This document shows, in pieces, positions 49,204 to 59,384 of a stretch of 64,000 nucleotides of DNA. Position 1 is the stretch's first letter. Each line of letters starts with the position of its first letter. The stretch lies in the NCBI GenBank assembly GCA_046482545.1, contig JAWOEX010000032.1, positions 64,001-128,000 on the forward strand, given 5' to 3'. A model generated the notes under the pieces. It worked only from the letters and a program-made list of their open reading frames with translations. It ran no database searches and had not been told where the DNA came from. The DNA is from Candidatus Thorarchaeota archaeon. GTDB lineage: Archaea > Asgardarchaeota > Thorarchaeia > Thorarchaeales > Thorarchaeaceae. Both the position numbers and the translations under genes were made by a program.

Positions 49204-50172
49204 CTAGGCCACCTCCGCAAATACGTCTTCCAAAGCTTCCTCTGGTGCTGGATGTTCAGAATCAATGGCGAATTCTGCTGCTTCATCCACTTGCTCTTGC
49301 AGGCTCTTTCGGATATTCTCAGCTTTCTTCTTCGACAACGCCTTTTTTTCAATCGCAAGGTCCGTGATGATTTCAACAGGATCTCTACTCAGCCATTCTT
49401 CTTCCTCTTCTTCTGGCCGATAATCAGCAGGGTCAAAGCGAGAGTGCCCTTTCTTCCTGTATGTTCGGCACTCGATTAGCGATGGTCCTTCACCGTTTCG
49501 TGCTCTTTCGACAGCTTTTGCTGCAGCTTTGTACACCTTCAATGCATTGTTACCATCAACTACTTCGCTGGGAATACAGTAGGCTTCTCCCCTTCTTGCT
49601 ATGCTTTGACTCGGGCACATCTGCTTAATTGCTGTTCCCATTGCGTAGAAGTTATTTTCAACAACCCAGATTACAGGCAGCTTCCAGATTGCTGACATAT
49701 TGAGAGACTCGCAAAAGGTACCGTTGTTTGAAGCTCCGTCTCCGAAGAAACATGCTACTACCTCATCGGTTCCTCTCATCTTTGCGGAGAGGGCTGCACC
49801 AACAGCTATTGGAAGACCAGATGCTACAACGCCAGTGGCGCCAAGTATTCCTACATCAAATTGAGTAATGTGCATCGACCCCCCTTTACCTTTACACGAG
49901 CCAGTCTTTTTACCGAGCAGCTCAGCCATGGCTCGCTTCATATCTGCTCCTTTCGCCACCACGTGACCATGACCACGGTGTGTACTCTGAATCCAGTCTG
50001 ATTCTTCTAGGGCAGCAGTCACGCCTGCAGCCACTGCCTCCTCGCCAAGATAGAGGTGCAGTGTACCAGGTATGAGATTGCGTCCAAAGACGTCCCAGAC
50101 CTTCTCCTCAAATAGCCTAACTTTGAGAGTTCGCGTGTACAAATCCTCTAGGGTTTCTTTTATGATGTCCAT
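49204..50172 (-). CDS. 2-oxoacid/acetoin dehydrogenase E1 alpha subunit
   Basis: GTLHLYLGEEA, STHRGHGH, GKGGSMH, TPP motif GDGASN...ENN. Confidence 0.95.
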   Translation of the reverse strand: MDIIKETLEDLYTRTLKVRLFEEKVWDVFGRNLIPGTLHLYLGEEAVAAGVTAALEESDWIQSTHRGHGHVVAKGADMKRAMAELLGKKTGSCKGKGGSMHITQFDVGILGATGVVASGLPIAVGAALSAKMRGTDEVVACFFGDGASNNGTFCESLNMSAIWKLPVIWVVENNFYAMGTAIKQMCPSQSIARRGEAYCIPSEVVDGNNALKVYKAAAKAVERARNGEGPSLIECRTYRKKGHSRFDPADYRPEEEEEEWLSRDPVEIITDLAIEKKALSKKKAENIRKSLQEQVDEAAEFAIDSEHPAPEEALEDVFAEVA

Positions 50173-50813
50173 CGTCTAATCCGCCTGTATTGACCGGGTT
50201 TATGAGCCAGTCCAATAGCTGATAAAACCTTCGAACTGTCTGGATAGTTTCTCAGAAGCAACTGATATGCCATTGTACCCAAGAATCTGGGTCCTATTCA
50301 CACCTAGAATGTCGCGGGCCGTTGTTCGCAAGGTGTACTATTGATTGCTAAGGATATCTCGACCAATTCAGAATAGTCTCGTGGAATCCGATATAAAGGC
50401 ATCTCCGGATTAGGAGCATTCCGGAATCAAAAACGGTGATTCTTGTTGATTCCCATTTCATTCTTCTATTATGCTCAGAATCGTCGCTCTGATTTTTCTA
50501 CGCCACCATAGAATGATAGAGGTGAATATATTTTGATACCAGAAGTGCCAGAACTGCCATGGATCTACTAGCTACTTACGAATGAAACGGGGGACAATTG
50601 TATAGTCCCCTCTTCTCCAAAATGTTATAGATTCAGTAGTCATATTCTTCTCCTATTAGTAAGTAGACGAGACTCTTCTCTCTTTTCTCTTGTGTGGCAC
50701 GAGATTCACTACATTCGTTTGAAGAAGTCAGTATTTATGGCCTTTTTTGTGCATCATCTCGTTGACCTTGGAATACTGGAAATCCTTCAAATGCTTCGAA
50801 TACATTTATTCTG

Positions 50814-51582
50814 ATGGAGGAAATCAGTGTGCCGAATAATCATGAGTATGAAGGGGTAGCCGAATTCTATGACCTTTTCGCTGATAATAGTGATATTTCA
50901 TTCTATACTAGCTACGCACACGAAACAGGGTCCCCAGTGCTTGATTTAGCAGCTGGCACTTTGCGGGTTGCCGTCCCTCTTGCAAAGGAGGGTTTCCGCG
51001 TTTTTGCTCTTGAGAAGTCTCCATCTATGCTTTCTATTGCAAGAGAGAAGCTTGACCGTCTTTCAAAACCGGCTGAAAGCAGAATTACATTGATTGAAGG
51101 GGACATGACAGATTTCGGCTTTGACATAGCATTCTCCCTGGTTATCATTCCGGCTTCATTTGCCCACGCTCTGACTACGGAAGAACAACTACCAACGCTG
51201 GAGAGCATTTGTGCGATGAAGTCTTTTCATACTGGATTTGTTTCCGGGGGCGTTTCGTGACGAAGATGGTCAATGGGCGGATGAACCAGTGCAGCTCCCC
51301 AATGGGCGGGTTGTGGCTCGCAAGGGGAAGATTCAAGCGGATAAGGTTCAGCAGCGAAAAGACCTGGAAATAGAGTATACGGTTTCAGGCGTTGAAGATG
51401 ACATTAATGAAACCATGGAAGTTGAATCTTCCGTGGCGATTATTTACAACCGCGAGGCTAACTTACTGGTTAAGACGGCCGGGTTCGAACTCATCGAGGA
51501 GTTTGGTGATTTCGATAAACAACTCTACACACCAGAGTGCACCAGAAGAATACTCGTTCTACGGAAAGATGCAGGAGAGTAG
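50814..51582 (+). pseudogene. Class I SAM-dependent methyltransferase split by a frameshift near 51210
   Basis: ORF1 has VLDLAAGT.R and IEGDM. The expected LFILDLF strand continues in another frame into ORF2, which ends GF......GDF. Confidence 0.8.
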
Positions 51583-52139
51583 TGCTTGTTGACCCGGTGT
51601 AAATAGGAAGATAGCGGTGTCTTCAATTTGGCCCATGTTAGTCCATTAGCCGTACATGATTCGCCTCTTTTCAAAATCGTTAACATAATACTTCAGAATC
51701 CCGAAAATTTCATAAATTCTAAATCAATATATGACAACAAGTCTTGGCCAAATTCTTGTTGGCCCTTGGATATAGTTGGACGGGGTCTAGTACTCTGTCT
51801 ATTAGGATATGGCTTTAGAGAAAATGAGCTAGACATGATACTGCACGGGAGAGTGATCTAGTGTCTAAGAAGAAAGATGTTACTCCTAATATTCCGATAA
51901 CAGAATGGTATGAGCTTGAGCGCAATATGGAGATTATCGCAAGAATGAGCACGGAACCAACTCGTGAGGTTCTAACCTCAGGCGTTCATCAGAAAAGGGA
52001 ATCTTTGTGATTACATTCAACCCCCTTCAATACTCTGTTGACGAAAAAAGATTTGGTTTGGGGTGCCTAGAGCCATTCAATATGAATAAGGCACCCCGTC
52101 CTTTTCATTATCTTCCAACTAGCAGCCTACTGAGAATTT

Positions 52140-53372
52140 TCAAAAATCAGTCAGATCCTCCGGGAGAGGAAGCTCATCGACTTGTTTCGCTTCTTTTCTG
52201 ATGGTTACGTCGTTTTCAGTTTCGAGACTGTCTGTGTACAGTACTTCTCCTTCCACTATTGCATCCCTTTCAATGTAGACATCCTTACCGTAGACGTTTG
52301 CAACTCTGGCCCTTTCTTCAATCCGAATGTCCTCACCATATAGGGAATCAGTCCTTGCACGTTCACGAATCAGAATCTCTCGGGATTCGACAAATCCCCG
52401 GACTTCACCTTTTCTACCAATTCTGAATCCGTCTTCAGCGAAAATGTACTCAGCTTCTATACGACCACCTGCGAGAATCCGGTAGGTGTCGATTCTACCA
52501 CCCACGGAGACGGTTCCCCCAACTTTGATTTTCCTGCTGGCCTTGAGGTTGTTTCTAACAGACAGCTTGCCTCCCACCTCTACGTACTCTAATTCTAGAG
52601 ATCCCTCCACCTTCACAGCCCCGCCAACATCGATTTCTTTTCCTTTGGCATCACCGCTAATCTTGACACTACCGCCAACATCAATTTCTCCGAATTCGAA
52701 ATTCTCAGCTGCTTTGAATGACCCGCCTACATCTACGGATTCCACTTTCGAATCTGGACCTACCTTGGCAGAACCACCAACGTCAATCTCATCGATTTCA
52801 ACTGTGCCTTTGGCCTTGAAGCTGCCACCTATATTCACTTTGCCGATTTTGCCGTGACTGCATTTACCGCTTCCACCAACGTGTAGCTCATCGCTCTCGA
52901 TTCGACCACCTACCTTTATCGAGCCGCCCCCTCTCAATCTATCAACAACCGCGTCGCCATTGATACTTACAGAACCACCAGCCCCCATCCTTTGGGCTCT
53001 CGCATTGCCTCTCACATTGATGGAACCACCACCTTTTGCCCCTCCACAAATCAAGTCCTCTCCAATACTAAGTGCCCCCCCGGCTTCAAAGATCCGCCCC
53101 TTTGCTGAACCCGTAACTTCTATGCTTCCTTTTTTCGCTGTAGCTGAGCCCTCAACCTCCAAGTCACCATCGATTGTCACTTTATCCTTTGACACAACTT
53201 CTAGATTTTCTGCCTTTACATTGCCTCTGAAAAGGGTTTCACCGCGAATTCTCAGGTTTCCTTCTATGATGATTTGTGAGCCATCCTCAGGGACTATATC
53301 TCTGCAATCCTTAAGCTCCAGATTCTCTCGAATCGGACCCAGAACAAGTTCCTGCTCATCCTTGAATTTCAT
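52140..53372 (-). CDS. Long bactofilin-like (polymer-forming cytoskeletal) beta-helix repeat protein
   Basis: Likely start MKFKDE at 53372. Many ~17-aa repeats of type I.VGGS.K..G; no signal peptide. Confidence 0.78.
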   Translation of the reverse strand: MKFKDEQELVLGPIRENLELKDCRDIVPEDGSQIIIEGNLRIRGETLFRGNVKAENLEVVSKDKVTIDGDLEVEGSATAKKGSIEVTGSAKGRIFEAGGALSIGEDLICGGAKGGGSINVRGNARAQRMGAGGSVSINGDAVVDRLRGGGSIKVGGRIESDELHVGGSGKCSHGKIGKVNIGGSFKAKGTVEIDEIDVGGSAKVGPDSKVESVDVGGSFKAAENFEFGEIDVGGSVKISGDAKGKEIDVGGAVKVEGSLELEYVEVGGKLSVRNNLKASRKIKVGGTVSVGGRIDTYRILAGGRIEAEYIFAEDGFRIGRKGEVRGFVESREILIRERARTDSLYGEDIRIEERARVANVYGKDVYIERDAIVEGEVLYTDSLETENDVTIRKEAKQVDELPLPEDLTDF

Positions 53373-53420
53373 GGTCTTCGTTGACTCCTTGTCTTTTCTA
53401 CATTGAAAGTATGGGTTATG

Positions 53421-53465
53421 CCTATATAAAGCGAAGTCACAATGAGTAGTCACATATTGTGACTA
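53421..53465 (-). promoter_or_regulatory. TATA box (TTTATA) with adjacent AGTCACA direct and inverted operator-like repeats
   Basis: Minus-strand TTTATATAGG at 53421-53430; AGTCACA at 53435 and 53448; palindrome TAGTCACA-TAT-TGTGACTA at 53447-53465. Confidence 0.6.
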
Positions 53466-53616
53466 TCAGCTAATGCTCATTTTCGCAATCTAGAGAACTA
53501 TTCTGAACCTTCCCCTGCTATGACACAGAATACACAGAGCATGCGTTTCTTGTTGCTTCCTTTGCGGATATACCAATATATATCGTCACACACACGCGTT
53601 TCTATGGTGAAATAAG

Positions 53617-54795
53617 ATGGTTGTCGAGGAGATTACTAGCGATATTCTGTATCTAGGTGTGCGTGATTGGAATCGGAGACTATTTGACGAGCTCATACCC
53701 CTTCCAGACGGTACGAGTTACAATTCCTTTCTGATTAGAGGAACTGAGAAAACAGCTCTCATTGATACTGTAGATCAGGGAAAAACGGATGAATTTTTGA
53801 GGAAACTAGATGAAGCCGAAATCAACCGGTTAGACTACGTTATATCCAATCATGCTGAGCAGGACCATTCGGGATCGCTACCCGCCATCTTAGAGAAATT
53901 TTCCGGTGCGAAAATTGTTACCATGGACAAGTGCAAAGATCTACTTATGGACAAAATGCACATTGACGAAGGCAGCTTCCATGTAGTTGAGGATGGTGAA
54001 ACCCTTTCTTTGGGAAACAAGACGCTAGAATTCATCAAAGCCCCGTGGGTTCACTGGCCAGAGACATTACTTACATATCTTCAAGAAGATAAAATTCTGT
54101 TTCCATGTGACTTTTTTGGTTCTCACTGGGCAAGTAGTAGTCTGTACGTCCCTGAGGGCGAAGAAGAGAAGCTGTTAGAAGCCGCAAAGAGATACTATGC
54201 CGAAATTATGATGCCATTCCGTCAAATCATTAAGCGGCACTTGAAAAAGATTGAAGGTTACGATATAGAGATCGTAGCACCAAGTCATGGCCCGATTCAC
54301 AATAATCCTGCGTTGATAATAGATGCCTATAAGGAATGGACTGCCGATGAGACTGAGAACGAAATCGTCATCGCATATGAATCCATGTATGGTTCTACAC
54401 AACAGATGATTGACTATCTGATTGAAGGGTTCATTAAACTCGGTATCACAGTGAAACCTTTCAAATTGAACCAAACTGATATTGGTGAACTTGCAAAAGC
54501 ATTGGTGAATGCAAGAACAATCATCTTAGGTTCCCCCACCGTGCTCACCGGAGCCCATCCTACGGTCGTTTATGCTGCTGTATTGGCAAACGCACTGAGA
54601 CCCAAAGCGAAGTATGCGACCATAGTAGGCTCTTATGGATGGCAGACGAATATAATCGAATCTCTAACTGGTCTATTGGGTCGATTGAAACTTGAACTGT
54701 TTGAGCCTGTCATTATCAAGGGAGAGCCAGTGGAAGAGGACTTCGCGAAACTTGATAGACTTGTCCAAGAAATCCACCAGAAACACCAGGACTGA
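53617..54795 (+). CDS. fprA: Flavodiiron protein (FprA, A-type flavoprotein)
   Basis: GTSYNSF, NHAEQDHSG, WVHWPE, CDFFGSH, APSHG, flavodoxin YESMYGST and GSYGW. Confidence 0.95.
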   Translation: MVVEEITSDILYLGVRDWNRRLFDELIPLPDGTSYNSFLIRGTEKTALIDTVDQGKTDEFLRKLDEAEINRLDYVISNHAEQDHSGSLPAILEKFSGAKIVTMDKCKDLLMDKMHIDEGSFHVVEDGETLSLGNKTLEFIKAPWVHWPETLLTYLQEDKILFPCDFFGSHWASSSLYVPEGEEEKLLEAAKRYYAEIMMPFRQIIKRHLKKIEGYDIEIVAPSHGPIHNNPALIIDAYKEWTADETENEIVIAYESMYGSTQQMIDYLIEGFIKLGITVKPFKLNQTDIGELAKALVNARTIILGSPTVLTGAHPTVVYAAVLANALRPKAKYATIVGSYGWQTNIIESLTGLLGRLKLELFEPVIIKGEPVEEDFAKLDRLVQEIHQKHQD

Positions 54796-55014
54796 GGGGC
54801 GAATTTTCGAGGACATCATTGCTCTCACTGTTATAGCAGAATTCACTTGAGAATGTCCATCCATATTCTCCCGAAGGCTATATTCGGAAAACATGTTCAT
54901 GAGAGAGAATTGTGGAGATTCCATTTGAAATAGATATTATCCCAATGACGCTCGGCGTATTCCCTATGGTAGTATCCATCTAGTTTATGATACTTGCTAT
55001 GGGCTTTAATCCTG

Positions 55015-55374
55015 CTACATACCCATTATTGGATCAGGAATAGGCATCCCTACCAGCTTTGCCATCCGCTTATACAGCTCTAGGTACTGATGCCCGCGGA
55101 CAGTTACCGTGTAGAGGATTTGTCCTTCGTCATCTTCTCTTTCTAGTAAACCTCTGTTACAGAGCATGTTGATGCTATCTTTCGCACGATCTACAGGCAT
55201 GTTCGTCGAGCGCGCGGCCCGAGTGAGTGGACAGTGACCGTAGATGTAAATCACTCGAATAAGCTCAGCATATATATCGTACCTTGTTCTGCGTGGACGC
55301 TCTTTTCGCCGTGGCACATCAACACACCGATTTTGAGTGTTCCTGTATCCATAAAAAAGGTGCGACGGATACAA
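55015..55374 (-). CDS. Archaeal winged-helix DNA-binding protein; true start probably near 55320
   Basis: RRTRYDIYAELI...LTRAARSTNM...L..RGLL...YTVT.RG..YL. Confidence 0.82.
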   Translation of the reverse strand: MYPSHLFYGYRNTQNRCVDVPRRKERPRRTRYDIYAELIRVIYIYGHCPLTRAARSTNMPVDRAKDSINMLCNRGLLEREDDEGQILYTVTVRGHQYLELYKRMAKLVGMPIPDPIMGM

Positions 55375-55438
55375 GATGGCTATCTACAAACAACCCTTAA
55401 GAAACCCAATTCTACCCTAGGAAGTAAGGGGAGCAAAG

Positions 55439-56182
55439 GTGAAACTCGCGAGCGTCTATGTTATCCGAAATAATGGAGAACTTGCATATTCTCGTGTGTT
55501 GAGCGATGAACGTAATAATCTCCACTTTTCCCTTCCTACTTGCGTCAAAACAGGCGTTACTCTTCTGAGCTCTGCAGCTTCTGTATCGGAAGAAAGAACC
55601 TACTTCCTACAAGATAACGGAAATTTCTGGGTCTATGCGCTATTCAACGAATTTGCGGTTGTGGCTGTCACGAGTGAAACAGAGAACAAGGCACAGCTGA
55701 AACAGAGACTGGTATCATTGGGTAAGGCTATCCGGAAATCGTACGGCAACATGATTGATACATGGGCTGGCGAAATCCCACAAATGGCCGATTTGGACAA
55801 CCTTGTAGACAGATACCTACTTGTAAAACCCGAACCATTGCAAGAGAGGGTTGTTGATTGCGCCAGACAGGTGGCGGACAAAGCTCTTGAGGCCTATAAA
55901 ATCGCCTATGTTGGTGTATTTGATGCTGAGGGCAACATGGTTTATGGCAATGTCCCAGAATCCCACACTCAGAGAATACAAGAAGAAATTTCCAAAACTG
56001 GTTTCAAACCAACCCCTGACATGGTGCCTAGTTCTCTCAAGGTCAACAAATACGATGTACAATTTTTCAAGGGGCGATCATATAGTGTGGTTGCGGCTTC
56101 TTACAGAGGAGGACGTAAGATGGAAGCGGTCCACGCAGTTGATGAAATCATGCAGGCGTTAAGAGATGTTAGCGCATCTTGA
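55439..56182 (+). CDS. Longin-like + roadblock/profilin-like two-domain protein (tentative eukaryotic-signature protein)
   Basis: N-terminus SVYVIRNNGELAYSR...WVY..FNEFAVVAVT..helix..F/Y (longin pattern). C-terminus helix-IAYVGVFDAEGNMVYGN...beta-hairpin-helix. Confidence 0.6.
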   Translation: MKLASVYVIRNNGELAYSRVLSDERNNLHFSLPTCVKTGVTLLSSAASVSEERTYFLQDNGNFWVYALFNEFAVVAVTSETENKAQLKQRLVSLGKAIRKSYGNMIDTWAGEIPQMADLDNLVDRYLLVKPEPLQERVVDCARQVADKALEAYKIAYVGVFDAEGNMVYGNVPESHTQRIQEEISKTGFKPTPDMVPSSLKVNKYDVQFFKGRSYSVVAASYRGGRKMEAVHAVDEIMQALRDVSAS

Positions 56183-56236
56183 AAAGAGGAAAGGGCTAAA
56201 TGCAGCGCTCCATTTTGAATCTCAAGTGAGTAGACG

Positions 56237-56866
56237 ATGCTTATTGCTGGTATTTGTGGCTCCCCAAAAACCGAGAAATCACACACAGAATTCTTGTTAA
56301 GCAAGGCGTTGGAGGCTGCATCTTCTGAACTTTCAAATGGTTCTAAGAAGGAATCAACCACAGTGCTCTTGAACATAAGCGACTACGAAATCCGGCCCTG
56401 CACTGGGTGCGATGCCTGTGTTCGCCGCAAACCTTGTCCTGAGAGCGAGCATGACGATATACCCAAAATCGAAGAATGGCTGAAGAAAGCTGATGGGATT
56501 ATCATTTCCGCCCCCTCGTATTTTACTGCGGTTCCAGGTGTTTTGAAGAATCTGATTGATAGATCAAGACCCATGAAAATGAACGGAAACGAATTGAAGA
56601 ATAAAGTATTCGGAGCAATCTCGTATGCGGGGCTGAGATATGGTGGACAGGAACATATTATTGACTATCTGAATCGATTCGCTCTTGGACACGGAATGAT
56701 TGTGGTTGGTGCTGTGGGAAATCCTGTTAAAGACGGATTTTTTGGCGCAGGAAGCTTACAAACAGACAATGGTAAGTGGCGGTCTGCAAGGGATGATGAG
56801 CTGGCAATCAGAGGCAGTATTCAGCTAGGAAGACGGATAGCAGAACTCGTGAACAAGATGCAATAA
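56237..56866 (+). CDS. Iron-sulfur flavoprotein / NADPH-dependent FMN reductase family
   Basis: GICGSP, CTGCDAC.....C, APSYF, LKNLIDR, GGQE. Confidence 0.9.
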   Translation: MLIAGICGSPKTEKSHTEFLLSKALEAASSELSNGSKKESTTVLLNISDYEIRPCTGCDACVRRKPCPESEHDDIPKIEEWLKKADGIIISAPSYFTAVPGVLKNLIDRSRPMKMNGNELKNKVFGAISYAGLRYGGQEHIIDYLNRFALGHGMIVVGAVGNPVKDGFFGAGSLQTDNGKWRSARDDELAIRGSIQLGRRIAELVNKMQ

Positions 56867-57444
56867 TGGGTGAGAATCTGTTGGCCGATGAACCCCAACC
56901 TGGTTTCATACAGGTCTACACTGGGAATGGCAAAGGGAAAACTACAGCCGCACTTGGAGCTGGTATACGAGCAGCAGGCCACGGTCTAGGTGTAATGATG
57001 ATTTCGTTCATGAAGGCTAAAGTGGCCATGCGTGGCAATAAAGAAGATACCAACTACGGTGAGTTTGCCTCTGTTGAAAAGATTCCGAACTTCACAATTA
57101 TCCCCGTTGGAAGAGCGACTTTCGTTGACAAAGAGAACCCAGATCCTATCGATATTGAACTTGCGCAGAAGGGCCTTCGTATGGCTCAAGAAGCGATTGC
57201 TCATCACACGTGTGATGTTCTGATATTGGATGAAATCAACGTCGCAGTGGAGTGGAATCTTTTTAGCCTTGAAGATCAGCTGGACCTCATACAGACTAAA
57301 CCTGAAGACATGGAACTAATAATGACCGGTCGCTATGCACGTGATGAAGTCATTGAAGCAGCTGACTTGGTTACTGAAATGAACGAGGTAAAGCACTACT
57401 TCAATGATGAAGGCGTTAAGGCAAGAAAGGGCTTCGAATTCTGA
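56866..57444 (+). CDS. cobO: Cob(I)alamin adenosyltransferase (CobO/BtuR/CobA type)
   Basis: [41 protein letters not shown]. Confidence 0.95.
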   Translation: MGENLLADEPQPGFIQVYTGNGKGKTTAALGAGIRAAGHGLGVMMISFMKAKVAMRGNKEDTNYGEFASVEKIPNFTIIPVGRATFVDKENPDPIDIELAQKGLRMAQEAIAHHTCDVLILDEINVAVEWNLFSLEDQLDLIQTKPEDMELIMTGRYARDEVIEAADLVTEMNEVKHYFNDEGVKARKGFEF

Positions 57445-57523
57445 GCTCTGCAGCGGATGGGAATCGAATAAGTTAAAATCATCCATTGGAAGAGCTTTCA
57501 TACTGTATTCAGGAGAACTGGAC

Positions 57524-59239
57524 ATGGGTGCCGATAAAGCTGAATCCACAAAGGAATATTCTGCTAGTAAACCAGAGCAGAATCGGATAGCCAAGGCGAA
57601 AGAAAAGTGGGAACAAGAAGTTCTTGAACCTCATTTGAACAAGTACCCCGAAATCAAAGAGGAATTCGTAACCACTTCCAGCAAGCCTGTTAAGAGGCTC
57701 TACACCCCCTTGGATACGAATGACCTCAACTACCTTGAGGACTTGGGATTTCCAAGCGAGTATCCCTTCACGCGAGGGGTCCAGCCTACGATGTATCGCG
57801 GCAGGCTGTGGACGATGCGGCAGTTTGCAGGCATGGGTACTGCAGAAGAAACCAATGAACGGTTCAAATACCTCTTGGAGCAGGGACAGACGGGTCTCAG
57901 TGTCGCCTTCCACTTACCAACGATTTACGGACGCGATTCCGACCACCCTGAATCACATGGAGAAGTTGGTAAGCTCGGGGTCGCGGTTGACACGTTAAGA
58001 GACATGGAAATTCTATTCGACGGTATTCCACTGGACGATGTCACCACGAGCATGACAATCAATGCGCCAGCTTCTATTCTGCTTGCGATGTACATGGTCG
58101 TGGCTGAGAAACAGGGTGTTCCTCCTGATCAGATTGGCGGGACTATTCAAAATGACATTTTGAAAGAATATCAGGCCCAGAAATCCTTTATCCTTGCCCC
58201 CAAACCAAGCATGAGAATAATTGTCGATATCATCGAGTACTGTACCGAACACATACCACGATGGAACACTGTTTCAATTAGCGGTTATCACATACGGGAG
58301 GCGGGTTCAACGGCCGCCCAGGAATTGGCATTCACCCTACGAAATGGGCTGGAATATGTTGAACATTGTGTTGAAAGAGGACTTGACGTGGATGATTTTG
58401 CACCACGTTTGTCTTTCTTCTTCAATGCTCACAATGATATTTTCGAAGAAGCAGCCAAGTATCGCGCCGCACGAAGAATTTGGGCTCGCGAGATGAAGAA
58501 ACGCTTCAATCCGAAAAAAGACCGATCTCTCTGGATGAGATTCCATACACAGACGGCGGGTTGTTCGTTAACGGCACACCAACCCATGGTGAATATCGTT
58601 CGGACGGCCTATCAGGCATTGGCTGCGGTTCTCGGTGGAACTCAGTCTCTCCACACCAACAGCATGGATGAGGCTCTATGTCTACCGACAGAAGACGCCG
58701 TTAGAGTTGCTTTGAGAACCCAACAGGTTCTTGCGCATGAAAGTGGAGCAGCAAACACAATAGATCCGCTAGCTGGTTCTTACTACGTCGAATCACTAAC
58801 AGACGAACTTGAAGAAAGGGCGCAGGAGTATTTTGATAAAATCGATGCAATGGGTGGTGTAATCCCTGCTATTCAGAGGGGATTCTTCCAGCGAGAGATT
58901 TCCAAGGCGTCCTACCGGTATCAGCGGGAAATCGATGCAGAAGAACGCATCGTGGTTGGTGTCAACAAATTCAAGGCAGAAGAAGAACCTGAAATCCCTG
59001 TCCTCAAGATTGATCCTGAAGTTGAGAAGAAACAGATTGAGCGTCTCAACGAGGTTCGAGAAATGAGGGACCAAGAAGAAGTCGAAGACGCATTGGCAGC
59101 CCTTCGAGAGGCCTGTGAGGGCGACGAGAACATCATGCCCCATGTTGTCAGAGCAGTACGTGCGTATGCATCAGTTGGAGAAATCGTTGATGTTTGGCGT
59201 GATTTATGGGGCGAGTGGGACGAACCCAAAATCTTCTAG
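57524..59239 (+). CDS. B12-dependent acyl-CoA mutase large subunit (methylmalonyl-CoA mutase family, isobutyryl-CoA mutase-type residues)
   Basis: [52 protein letters not shown]. No B12-binding domain. Start 57524 after AGGAG. Confidence 0.93.
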   Translation: MGADKAESTKEYSASKPEQNRIAKAKEKWEQEVLEPHLNKYPEIKEEFVTTSSKPVKRLYTPLDTNDLNYLEDLGFPSEYPFTRGVQPTMYRGRLWTMRQFAGMGTAEETNERFKYLLEQGQTGLSVAFHLPTIYGRDSDHPESHGEVGKLGVAVDTLRDMEILFDGIPLDDVTTSMTINAPASILLAMYMVVAEKQGVPPDQIGGTIQNDILKEYQAQKSFILAPKPSMRIIVDIIEYCTEHIPRWNTVSISGYHIREAGSTAAQELAFTLRNGLEYVEHCVERGLDVDDFAPRLSFFFNAHNDIFEEAAKYRAARRIWAREMKKRFNPKKDRSLWMRFHTQTAGCSLTAHQPMVNIVRTAYQALAAVLGGTQSLHTNSMDEALCLPTEDAVRVALRTQQVLAHESGAANTIDPLAGSYYVESLTDELEERAQEYFDKIDAMGGVIPAIQRGFFQREISKASYRYQREIDAEERIVVGVNKFKAEEEPEIPVLKIDPEVEKKQIERLNEVREMRDQEEVEDALAALREACEGDENIMPHVVRAVRAYASVGEIVDVWRDLWGEWDEPKIF

Positions 59240-59384
59240 GACTCATCTTTGAATAATGTCTCCTCTACAAGTTCCTTCCGAACTCTATCAGCGAGCTGGG
59301 GATGGTCCATTCTAAAGGACTACCACAGAAGCATTGTGCTAACTACTTACCATACTGAACCGAAACGTAACGCATGTATTTTAT

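Noticed and set aside
52480-53100. Recurrent CCACC/CCGCC DNA motifs as a CRISPR array or DNA repeat
   Set aside because: They are Gly-Gly codons of the protein repeat; there is no constant repeat-spacer structure and no cas genes.
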